Below, piece after piece: positions 36,147-44,862 of a stretch of 61,237 nucleotides of DNA. The translations under genes and the position numbers were made by a program. A model generated the notes under the pieces. It saw only the letters and a program-made list of their open reading frames with translations. It made no database searches and had not been told where the DNA came from. Location of the stretch: NCBI GenBank assembly GCA_964606845.1, contig CAZSIC010000005.1:1-61237 (forward strand), given 5' to 3'. The stretch is from an uncultured Bacteroidales bacterium (GTDB lineage: Bacteria > Bacteroidota > Bacteroidia > Bacteroidales > UBA12077). Each line of letters starts with the position of its first letter. Positions within the stretch are counted from its first letter, which is position 1.

Positions 36147-36905
36147 TTAAAATTTGTAGGATAAACTAAAACCAGTAAATCCATTGTTTGAATTAATATT
36201 AAAGCTATAGTTTGAGAACATTTTTAATTTTTCATTTTCCAGCCCTTTGGCATATACCCAAATTATGTCTGTTATCCATAGCGTTATGCCTGCTGCCAGA
36301 AGAAATTCAGTATCATTTTCGAAAAGCCAGTAATTGGTTTCATACCCAAGGTAGCTCCATTTAGGTTCTATATTTCTATTATAAGGGTTGGTTACCCAGC
36401 CCCAAACTTCTTCTTCGTACCGCTTTTCTTTGGCTATAATACCCATGGTAATCAAACCTAAGGTAGATGCAGTTCTTAAATAGGGCTTTAAAATCATCTT
36501 ACGGTGATCTTGCACAAAATAATCACCTAAACCCGGTAAAAGCATCGATAAAAAAACATTCTTGGTACCACCTTTTTTTATTCCGTTAACAATAATTTTG
36601 GGTTGTAATTTTTGGGCAATACTTATATCATCTTTAAATACATCCCATTCAATGGTTTTATTGATTCCTGGATTGATATTTTCACCAAAATCTCCATCTA
36701 ATTTTTTAGGTACTTTTACATTATATCTATCGTCAATAAAGAAAAGTTCTACATTATTATTATTTACATCATCTCCAATCAGGTCATAACTAATATAAAC
36801 TTTGTTGTTTTTTATGTCTAAATTAACATTTCTTACTTCGCTGTTTTGAGCAATTATTAGGGTTTGAACAAAAATGAGTAAAAAAAACAGAATAAGTCGT
36901 TTCAT
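36147..36905 (-). CDS. Exported/membrane protein, tandem paralogue 2
   Basis: Same architecture as 35329-36135, with an 11-nt intergenic gap between the two genes. Confidence 0.75.
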   Translation of the reverse strand: MKRLILFFLLIFVQTLIIAQNSEVRNVNLDIKNNKVYISYDLIGDDVNNNNVELFFIDDRYNVKVPKKLDGDFGENINPGINKTIEWDVFKDDISIAQKLQPKIIVNGIKKGGTKNVFLSMLLPGLGDYFVQDHRKMILKPYLRTASTLGLITMGIIAKEKRYEEEVWGWVTNPYNRNIEPKWSYLGYETNYWLFENDTEFLLAAGITLWITDIIWVYAKGLENEKLKMFSNYSFNINSNNGFTGFSLSYKF

Positions 36906-36918
36906 CCTAAACTAATTT

Positions 36919-37644
36919 TTAAGAATTATTAAGTTGGTTATAATACTCAATAATTTTAACAAGGTCTTTGGTATTTTTGGGATTTAAATCTTTTTCTGAG
37001 ATAAATTCCTTGATTTTATTTTCATGTTCACCAAGTACCTCAAATAAAAATTTTTTATTTTTCTTCAGTTTTATGGCAGGTCTATCGTCAGACTTTTTGA
37101 TATAGTAGGTTAATTCGGGAATGTATCTTTGGCTACCATCACCACCACCGCCACCATAATAATCTGTAAAGGTGTTTTCGCGCAAATTAATTCGTCTTTT
37201 TACAAGTATTTTGCATTCACCACTATTCATTGTTTCAAAATAGGCACCTGAAATAAAATCTTTATTTCTTTTATCTTCCAGAATTAAAGAGTAAATGAAT
37301 TTTTTTCCGCTAAAATCAATATTTTTTATTTTAGTAGGATCAGTAATGATTAAAGTATCTTTTTTAACAATTAGCTCTAATTCTTGGGCATAAATATTGT
37401 ATCTTAAAAGTCCTTTCACTGTTTTTCCATCAATAAGCTCTAGCTCCCCAAACATAAACTCTTTATTATAATATGGCGATCCTTTAATGTCCGCTTTACT
37501 TTCACGAGAAGAGGAATTTATGGTGTAGTCTCCGATAAAATTTATATCACCTGAGCCTTGTACATGTATATTCGTTTGTGCAATTACTTTAAATGTAAAG
37601 ATTGAGATTAAAGATAAAGTGATTAAAGAAAATTTCAGTTTCAT
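36919..37644 (-). CDS. Hypothetical secreted protein (241 aa)
   Basis: Signal peptide 'FKVIAQ'. The stop lies 13 nt upstream of the start of paralogue 2, so co-transcription is likely. No family recognised. Confidence 0.65.
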   Translation of the reverse strand: MKLKFSLITLSLISIFTFKVIAQTNIHVQGSGDINFIGDYTINSSSRESKADIKGSPYYNKEFMFGELELIDGKTVKGLLRYNIYAQELELIVKKDTLIITDPTKIKNIDFSGKKFIYSLILEDKRNKDFISGAYFETMNSGECKILVKRRINLRENTFTDYYGGGGGDGSQRYIPELTYYIKKSDDRPAIKLKKNKKFLFEVLGEHENKIKEFISEKDLNPKNTKDLVKIIEYYNQLNNS

Positions 37645-37905
37645 AAATTTTAGGTTTTAAAAATGTTGACAATGATAATAATTTCTGACTAATTTATGTA
37701 ATAATGGTTTAAAAAAAAATTGATTTTTTTATCGATATTTGATAAAAAAAATACCAATATATCTATTGATTTTTTACCAATAGATAACAAAAAATAAACC
37801 AAAAAAAGCAATTTACTGGAAATAAGTTTTTTATTGATTTTGATGGATGAAGAATTTTTTTTAATGTGTTCTAAAAGCGAACAATTCATGTTCGATATAG
37901 TACAA

Positions 37906-40140
37906 TTAATTCAAATTTGATTTAATGAGATCTTTCATCAGATTTATTTCAATTTCTCTAATACCATGTTTTTTAAGATATTTAATATCTTCGTCGAATG
38001 CCGTTTCAAATAACTCATCTTTATTATCGAGCAATTGATATGCCTGGCGATATAATTCTACTGCTTTTTGAGGATTTTTTATACACCAGTAAACATGCCC
38101 CAGGTATATAAGATCAAATTCGTTTTGATTTTTATTCAGAATTTTATTGAAATAATTGATCGCTGTATCGAATTTACCCAATACAAATGATATCCAGGCA
38201 ACAGGGCGCTGTATTTTCTCGTTCGATGGTGCCAAATATTCTACCTTAAAATAATATTTTAAAGCTTCTTCATATTTCCCTAAACGCATTAAAGAGTGTC
38301 CTATATATGCTTGAATGTATAAGCTGTCAGGTTCAGCTTTTTCAGCTTCTTTATAGTATTCCAGTGCTTTTTCGTGCTGATTTAAGTATCGGTAACACAG
38401 TGCTATTTTTTTTGTAATCCAGATTTTGTTGGTTTCTAATAAATCAGCTTTTTGATAATATTCTAAAGCCTTTTTGTATTCGCCCATCTGCTGGTAGCAA
38501 TAACCAATTTTTTCAAAAAGCTCTGCATTTGGTGTATCTTTTGTTTCTAATAATTGAAAAATCTCTACAGCCTGTCTAAAATGTTTATTCTCAAAGAAAA
38601 ATTCAGCAATATTTCTTACAACCTGGTTGTCTTTTATGAGGTGGTTAAAGAATTTTTTATTTTGAATATCAAATCTCCATTTGAAAATATCAGGGAACTC
38701 TTTCTTATTTGGATGTAGTTTAAAGAATCGATATAGATCCTGAAGATATTGAGTAATGATACTTTTAGTAATGGCAAATTGGTTGAGTAAGTTTTCATCT
38801 TTTGAGATTTCCTGCATACTCTCCATTTCCTGGTTAAACATATCCATCATCATCGATTTATGCGATTCGGGAATAAATTGAAGATTCAAACAAAATGAAT
38901 ATTTATCGGAATTACACATGTAATGTGATTTTTCAAGCTGTTCAATAAAAGGCGCCATATTGGTTTCTTCTTTTTCGGATATTAAATCGATATATTCATT
39001 TTCTTTATAAAAAGGAGAAAACCAGTTAGAGATTTCTTGAAAGAACGGAAACTGTTTTAACTTGGAGAAAGCACTCATAAATACATCCGACCCTTCAATT
39101 TGCATCTGAGAAAAATCTTGTAATTTATCTAATAAATCTGGCGAATCTTTAAAAACATTTTCCCAGTCGGGGTTTTTATCTTCTAAAAATTTATCGGGAA
39201 CAATATTTTCTAAATCCAAATTTTTTTCAATTTTGGGCTGCATCTTTAACATTTCGGGCAATATTTCTTCTTCCCATTTTTTTGTGAGTTTCTCAGTATC
39301 TTTGGATTTAAAAATTTGAATAGTAACAGCTTCCAGTTCTTTACTAATTTCTGGAGACTCTGACAATTTATATAGTTTTTTTAATAAATCTGGATAAAAT
39401 TCTATTCGTTCGTCATATTTATAGAGAGCAAGGATTATTCCGATAAGTGCCCTTTCCCAAACCTGTTGTTCCCTGGCAAAGTAAAAATCAAATAAAGCAA
39501 AAAATTTATTTTTATCAAAGACTTTTAATAAACTCAAAGTTAATGCACTTACCACAAGACTTTTATCATGCCATGGAATTTTTTTGGATGTGCTTAATGT
39601 TTTTAAAATTTTAGTTTCCGTTTCGTGATAATAGTCGGTTAACCATAAATAATTAAACAGTTCTTTTAGAGCATCCTGTCTGGAGATTATCTGAGGTTCG
39701 TTATTTTCTGACCGGCTAAAATTGATATTGTTTTCTTTTAATATATTATGTAATTCTTTATCGAAAGTTAGGTTTTGTAACAGTGAATATGCTTTTTCCG
39801 TTTGCAGGCCTAACTTCCTTTCCATCGACCATTTTAGCTTATATATGGTTAGATCAGAAGTTTCAGTTAGTAAGCTTTCTTTAATAGAGTCGGCCAATTC
39901 TAACAGTGATTTTTTTAGGTTTTTAAAAATTTTATCCCGCTCAGGATCTTCAATGTTGATAAAGGAGTGTTTAAGAATGTTCAAATAAGTTTCTTTTAAT
40001 TTATCAATTTGCACTCGATGGTACTGTTTCCCTTCCTGGTCGGCAAATCTATAAAGCTCATCTATTGAGTTAATTATTTTATTATCAATAATTAGTTGAG
40101 TAATTTTATGATGTAATTTTATAATATTAGTATAATGCAT
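37906..40140 (-). CDS. Large protein with unknown N-terminal region and C-terminal TPR repeats
   Basis: 744-aa ORF. Its last ~230 aa show canonical TPR units ('A.e.y.kA..l.P'). Confidence 0.75.
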   Translation of the reverse strand: MHYTNIIKLHHKITQLIIDNKIINSIDELYRFADQEGKQYHRVQIDKLKETYLNILKHSFINIEDPERDKIFKNLKKSLLELADSIKESLLTETSDLTIYKLKWSMERKLGLQTEKAYSLLQNLTFDKELHNILKENNINFSRSENNEPQIISRQDALKELFNYLWLTDYYHETETKILKTLSTSKKIPWHDKSLVVSALTLSLLKVFDKNKFFALFDFYFAREQQVWERALIGIILALYKYDERIEFYPDLLKKLYKLSESPEISKELEAVTIQIFKSKDTEKLTKKWEEEILPEMLKMQPKIEKNLDLENIVPDKFLEDKNPDWENVFKDSPDLLDKLQDFSQMQIEGSDVFMSAFSKLKQFPFFQEISNWFSPFYKENEYIDLISEKEETNMAPFIEQLEKSHYMCNSDKYSFCLNLQFIPESHKSMMMDMFNQEMESMQEISKDENLLNQFAITKSIITQYLQDLYRFFKLHPNKKEFPDIFKWRFDIQNKKFFNHLIKDNQVVRNIAEFFFENKHFRQAVEIFQLLETKDTPNAELFEKIGYCYQQMGEYKKALEYYQKADLLETNKIWITKKIALCYRYLNQHEKALEYYKEAEKAEPDSLYIQAYIGHSLMRLGKYEEALKYYFKVEYLAPSNEKIQRPVAWISFVLGKFDTAINYFNKILNKNQNEFDLIYLGHVYWCIKNPQKAVELYRQAYQLLDNKDELFETAFDEDIKYLKKHGIREIEINLMKDLIKSNLN

Positions 40141-40412
40141 AAAATGTTTTTTAATTTATTTAATGATGTCAAATATTATACCTATTTAATAATAAACGAA
40201 AAGATTGCAGAATATTTGATTTTATATGCTAAAATGACATATTAATCTGTTATTATTGATGTAAAAATATGTATTATGCCTCAATAAACTAAATTTAGCT
40301 ATTGTTTAATAAGAAAATTAGGATTTTATAAATAACATTTGAATGTTTTATAACGTATTATAAATAAGAAAGAAATATAATATGTTGAAGAATATATTTT
40401 TTTATTTCTTAA

Positions 40413-40440
40413 AGCATTTATAAATCAATTTATAAATGCT
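40413..40440. promoter_or_regulatory. 28-bp near-perfect palindrome (13-bp arms, 2-nt spacer), candidate operator
   Basis: AGCATTTATAAAT-CA-ATTTATAAATGCT, about 78 nt upstream of the 40518 ORF. Confidence 0.3.
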
Positions 40441-40517
40441 AATTTGCATTTTTAATTATAATCGAACATCGATTTTAAGTTGTTAATTTTTAAGTTTATA
40501 AAATCAATTTTTACTTT

Positions 40518-40763
40518 ATGAAAGTAAAAGGTTATAAATCAAAAATTGATACAGCCCAAATGGTTGTAAGCCAATTAAAAGAAAATATTCTGGAGATATT
40601 CTGGAACGAAGATCCATTTGAATATTGCAGCTCCAGATCAATGTTGCCTTGGATTCAGGAAGAAGCAGAGTATTCGATTAAACGTTTGCATCTGAAAAAG
40701 AAAGATCAAAATTATTATCTTCAAAAAGTCAATAATATGTTGGGAGAATATTGCGAAGAATAA
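40518..40763 (+). CDS. Hypothetical small protein (81 aa), orphan
   Basis: This is the only ORF of this size in an ~0.9-kb A+T-rich gap. Its amino-acid composition looks protein-like, but I recognise no family. Confidence 0.35.
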   Translation: MKVKGYKSKIDTAQMVVSQLKENILEIFWNEDPFEYCSSRSMLPWIQEEAEYSIKRLHLKKKDQNYYLQKVNNMLGEYCEE

Positions 40764-41035
40764 CCTTTACAGGTTAACTCCCTTTTTTAATACAGCTAAT
40801 TTAATAAGCTTTTATTTTTAACATGCTGTTAAATAATAAATTAATCATTCTACGCAACTAATTTAATAAAATTCACATCTGTATTTTTGATAAGGATTTA
40901 CTTTTATAAATTCGCAGGCCAAAATATTTATTATATTATTTGGGGTTAGTAAAATATTTATTATCTTTAATTTAGCAAAATTTTAATATTTTGGTCTGGT
41001 TTTTGCAAAAACAGAATAAATAAAATATCAATCAC

Positions 41036-41281
41036 ATGAAACTTACTTGTTACAAAAATGGCAAAGAGATAAAACTCCAAGACCCATTAGATTTAGATTA
41101 TATTGAATACGAAATTGTAAAAGATTATCTTAAAGTTATAGGACACCTGGAAAATGATCCTACAGCGCGAATAGAAATTGATTTTTCGGAGCCTTATGTT
41201 CCTAAATATAATTTAGTGAACTGTAATAATACTTTTAGGAAGAAATTTAATCAAATAATCAACCGCAAGAAGTTAGCATAA
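41036..41281 (+). CDS. Hypothetical small protein (81 aa)
   Basis: It ends 6 nt before the start of the C_GCAxxG_C_C gene on the same strand, which suggests co-transcription. Confidence 0.45.
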   Translation: MKLTCYKNGKEIKLQDPLDLDYIEYEIVKDYLKVIGHLENDPTARIEIDFSEPYVPKYNLVNCNNTFRKKFNQIINRKKLA

Positions 41282-41287
41282 TTTTTA

Positions 41288-41761
41288 ATGAAAAGATCAG
41301 ATAAAGCATTACATTTTTATGCTGAAGGTTATAATTGTGCTCAATCGGTAATTGTTTCTTTTGCTGATATTTTGAATTTAACCGAAGAAACAGCCTTAAG
41401 GCTTGCTTCCGGATTTGGTGGAGGAATGGGACGCATGCAGCAAACTTGTGGTGCAATTACCGGCGCGTTTATGGTTATAGGTTATTTAAAAGGCAATTAC
41501 CAACAAAACGAAGAAAGCGATCAATCAAGAGAAATTACCAATCAATTAATACAGAATTTTTCCAGCAGGTTTACACAAATACATGGAAGCATTAATTGTA
41601 AGAAATTAATCGATTTTGATTTAAATACTGAAACAGGCCAAAAACAAGCTAAAGAAGCAGATGTGTTTAATCAAAAATGTACAAACTTTGTTCAAACAGC
41701 GGTTGAACTCCTCGAAGAAATTCTGAATAATGAATTATTGCAAAAGAAAGTAAATGAATAA
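41288..41761 (+). CDS. C_GCAxxG_C_C-family (putative redox-active) protein
   Basis: 'GYNCAQSV', 'GFGGGMG' and 'TCGAITGA', plus C-terminal Cys residues ('INCKK', 'QKCTN'). Confidence 0.85.
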   Translation: MKRSDKALHFYAEGYNCAQSVIVSFADILNLTEETALRLASGFGGGMGRMQQTCGAITGAFMVIGYLKGNYQQNEESDQSREITNQLIQNFSSRFTQIHGSINCKKLIDFDLNTETGQKQAKEADVFNQKCTNFVQTAVELLEEILNNELLQKKVNE

Positions 41762-41795
41762 CGTATCATTTACTTTCTTTATCTTCTCTCAATAA

Positions 41796-44216
41796 TTATT
41801 CATATCTTAAACAACTTGCCGGATTTAACCTGGCGGATTTCATTGTTTTAAAACTGATTGTAAAAACTGCAATTAGAGTAGCTATTAATACTCCTGCCAG
41901 AAAATACCCAAAGCCTAAATTTATTCTGTACTGGTAATTTTGTAACCAGCTTTTTGAAATAAAGTAAATTGCAGGCCATGCTATTAAGGTTGAAATTATT
42001 ACCAGTACAATAATTTCTTTGGCTATTAAATAAAAAATTGTACCAGCCGATGCTCCCATCGCTTTACGAATGCCAATTTCTTTTGTCCGTTGTTCTATTG
42101 TAAAAGATGTTAAACCCAATAATCCTAACGAGGCAATGAAGATGACTAATACGGTAAAAATAATTGCCAGTTTAGCATTCCTTGTTTCCTCCTTATATAA
42201 ATTATTAAATGCATCGTTAAGAAAAAAGTATTGCATAGGTTCATTTCCTGTAAAATTTTTCCATACTTTTTCGATATTTTGAATGGTATTTTGAACTTTT
42301 TCAGTTGAAACTTTAGCCGTAATAAACCCCCAATTCATATTTTCATCCTTAAAAACAAAAATGTATGGTGTAATAGGGGTTTGTAAAGACCTGAAATGAA
42401 AATCTTTTACTACACCAATAACAGGGGCATACTCTGCTTCGTCAATATTACTGCCTCTCAAAAAACGGGTTTCCAATGGAGAATCAAAATTATAATGTTT
42501 AACAGCTTTTTCATTTATAACACAAGCATCAACATCCGAAGGGTGATCTCTGTCAAAAAACCTGCCTAACGCCATTTCCATACCCAGGGTTTTCAGATAA
42601 TCATAATCAACCCAATTGGTTTCTAAAAGTAATGTTTCCTCACGGCGCCCTTCTACTAAGTGCCCGTTATTATTATTGTTGTGTGCCGGCAAAGCGGTTG
42701 ATGCAGTTGCGTTTTGTACACCGTTGATATTTAAAATTTCTTGTTTGAATGATTTGACTTTGTTACCTAAAACTTCAGCTCTTCTAATTACCAGTAATTG
42801 CTCTTTGTCAAATCCTAAATCTTTTTTTTGCATATAATTGATTTGGCTGTACATAATAGTGGTACCAATAATTAGAATAATTGAGATTGAAAACTGAAGA
42901 ACCACCAAAATACTTCTTAACTTTCCGTTTTTCATCGAGTCTTTAACGCCTCCTTTAAGGACCGATACAGGCTTAAATGCTGATAAATAAAATGCCGGGT
43001 AACTTCCGGATATAAAACCTACAATTACAACCAGGCTTAAAAGTACAGGAATGGTATACCAATTATTGAATAAGTTTAAAGCCAGGTTTACTCCTAACAA
43101 GTTATTAAAATAGGGTAAGCTTAATTGCACAATAATTAAAGCAAACAATAAGGAAATAAAAGAAAGAAGCAACGATTCGGTAATAAACTGTTGAATTAGA
43201 AGCCCTTTTGATGAACCACTGACTTTCTTTATTCCCACCTCTTTTGCTCTTTTTGCCGCTTGTGCAGTAGATAAATTCATAAAATTGATAGCAGCGATAA
43301 TGATGATTAAAAATGCAATACTTCCGAAAATATATAAATATTTGGGATTATTTGCAGGCTTGGTGTCTTGTTGTATTTCAGGTTGCAGATGAATATCTGG
43401 AAGTGGTTGTAAAAACATAGAGTATTTATTTCCCTGAGCAAGGAAATCGTCTAGTGTAATACCAATAAATTGCTGAATTTGCGGCCCAACATATTTTGCA
43501 ATCATTGCGGGTATCTTTTTGTCCACTTGTTTGTAATCGGCTCCGGGTTTTAAAAGTACATAGGTATTGAAACTATTCGACATCCAACTCTCGCTATTTG
43601 CTCTGCGGTTGGAAGTAAATGATGTAATTAAGTCAGCTTCAAAATGAGAGTTATCGGGGATATCATTATAAATTCCACTTACTTTATATAATGATGTGTC
43701 ATTGCCAATTTTTAACATTTTATCAACCGGGTCGGCAGATCCGAATATTTTTTTAGCAGTAGACTCAGAAAGTGCAACCTTAAAAGGCCCGTCTAGAATC
43801 GTATTGGCATTTCCTTTAATCAGCGGAATGCTAAAAATGTTAAAGAATGATGAGTCAGCCTGTGCAAAACTATTTGTTGTAAAATGCTTCTCATCATATT
43901 TTATTACTGTTTCGCCACCTGTGTTTAATCTTGTAAAATCTTCAATTTCGGGAAAATCCTGAAACATTGTTGGTCCAACGGGTGGCGAAGTATATGAGCC
44001 TTTCATTTCCTGTCCGCCAATTTTGCCATCTAAAATAATACGGTAAATGCGATCACCTTTTTCGTTAAAACGGTCGTAACTTAACTCGAATATTACATAT
44101 AATGAAATTAACAAACTACATGCTATACCAATGGATAAACCCATAATATTTATAAAGGCATAGCCTTTTTGCCGGTTGAATGATCGAAAACTGTGTTTGA
44201 TGATATTTCTAAACAT
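41796..44216 (-). CDS. FtsX/MacB-like ABC transporter permease (two FtsX domains, 806 aa)
   Basis: N-terminal 'FRSFNRQKGYAFINI.GLSIG' and a MacB-like periplasmic domain. Two 4-TM FtsX modules are present, and the protein ends in 'ARLNPASCLRYE'. Confidence 0.9.
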   Translation of the reverse strand: MFRNIIKHSFRSFNRQKGYAFINIMGLSIGIACSLLISLYVIFELSYDRFNEKGDRIYRIILDGKIGGQEMKGSYTSPPVGPTMFQDFPEIEDFTRLNTGGETVIKYDEKHFTTNSFAQADSSFFNIFSIPLIKGNANTILDGPFKVALSESTAKKIFGSADPVDKMLKIGNDTSLYKVSGIYNDIPDNSHFEADLITSFTSNRRANSESWMSNSFNTYVLLKPGADYKQVDKKIPAMIAKYVGPQIQQFIGITLDDFLAQGNKYSMFLQPLPDIHLQPEIQQDTKPANNPKYLYIFGSIAFLIIIIAAINFMNLSTAQAAKRAKEVGIKKVSGSSKGLLIQQFITESLLLSFISLLFALIIVQLSLPYFNNLLGVNLALNLFNNWYTIPVLLSLVVIVGFISGSYPAFYLSAFKPVSVLKGGVKDSMKNGKLRSILVVLQFSISIILIIGTTIMYSQINYMQKKDLGFDKEQLLVIRRAEVLGNKVKSFKQEILNINGVQNATASTALPAHNNNNNGHLVEGRREETLLLETNWVDYDYLKTLGMEMALGRFFDRDHPSDVDACVINEKAVKHYNFDSPLETRFLRGSNIDEAEYAPVIGVVKDFHFRSLQTPITPYIFVFKDENMNWGFITAKVSTEKVQNTIQNIEKVWKNFTGNEPMQYFFLNDAFNNLYKEETRNAKLAIIFTVLVIFIASLGLLGLTSFTIEQRTKEIGIRKAMGASAGTIFYLIAKEIIVLVIISTLIAWPAIYFISKSWLQNYQYRINLGFGYFLAGVLIATLIAVFTISFKTMKSARLNPASCLRYE

Positions 44217-44360
44217 GATAATGAAATTATAGTCGTTATGAATTGAAAATTTATCATAAGACGATTAACTATTGGATCGGTTACACTTTTTATCATAAAT
44301 AATAATGAAACTAAATACAATAATGATGTAAGTTCGTTTTTAAAAGGTATCCTTAATTTA

Positions 44361-44858
44361 ATGAATGGAGATATTAATGTGCAATCAGATTTAAGCAAGG
44401 GCAGTGTTTTTTCGTTTTCGCTACCCTTAATATTGCATCAACCAATGGATGTAATATTAAATGAAGAATCCGATGCACCTGTGAGCGAAAATATTTTTTC
44501 CGGTAAATTGATTTATATTGCCGAAGATGACATCACTTTTTACCTTTTAATGGAAGAAATTTTAGCACGGACAAATATAGAGGTACAGCATGCTTCAAAT
44601 GGAAAACAGTTGCTTGAGATGGTCAAGAATAAAAAGCCGGATTTAATTTTGCTTGATATCAATATGCCGGTAATGGATGGGCTTGAATTTATGCATAAAC
44701 TAAAATCATTATCTATTAATGTGCCCGTAATTGCTCAAACAGCCTATGCCATGGAAAATGATAAAGAAAAATGCTTGCAGGCAGGCTGTATCGATTATTT
44801 ATCCAAACCCATCATACCCGAATTATTAATGCAAGTAGTAGAAAAACATCTTCGTTAA
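44361..44858 (+). CDS. Receiver-domain protein that begins with the last residues of a histidine-kinase ATPase domain (remnant of a hybrid sensor kinase)
   Basis: The N-terminus '(LKGILNL)MNGDINVQSDLSKGSVFSFSLPL' is the HATPase_c G2/terminal strand. An intact REC follows ('IYIAEDD', 'LILLDINMPVMDG', 'LSKPI'). The frame is open only back to 44247. Confidence 0.7.
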   Translation: MNGDINVQSDLSKGSVFSFSLPLILHQPMDVILNEESDAPVSENIFSGKLIYIAEDDITFYLLMEEILARTNIEVQHASNGKQLLEMVKNKKPDLILLDINMPVMDGLEFMHKLKSLSINVPVIAQTAYAMENDKEKCLQAGCIDYLSKPIIPELLMQVVEKHLR

Positions 44859-44862
44859 ATTC

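Noticed and set aside
37689-37889. A 66-aa minus-strand ORF in the gap between the TPR gene and the secreted hypothetical gene
   Set aside because: The sequence is dominated by homopolymeric A/T runs. The product is low-complexity (Lys/Ile/Leu/Ser/Phe). The region is more plausibly a terminator/promoter spacer, and it also contains a 9-bp inverted repeat, TATCTATTG (37760-37768) / CAATAGATA (37778-37786).
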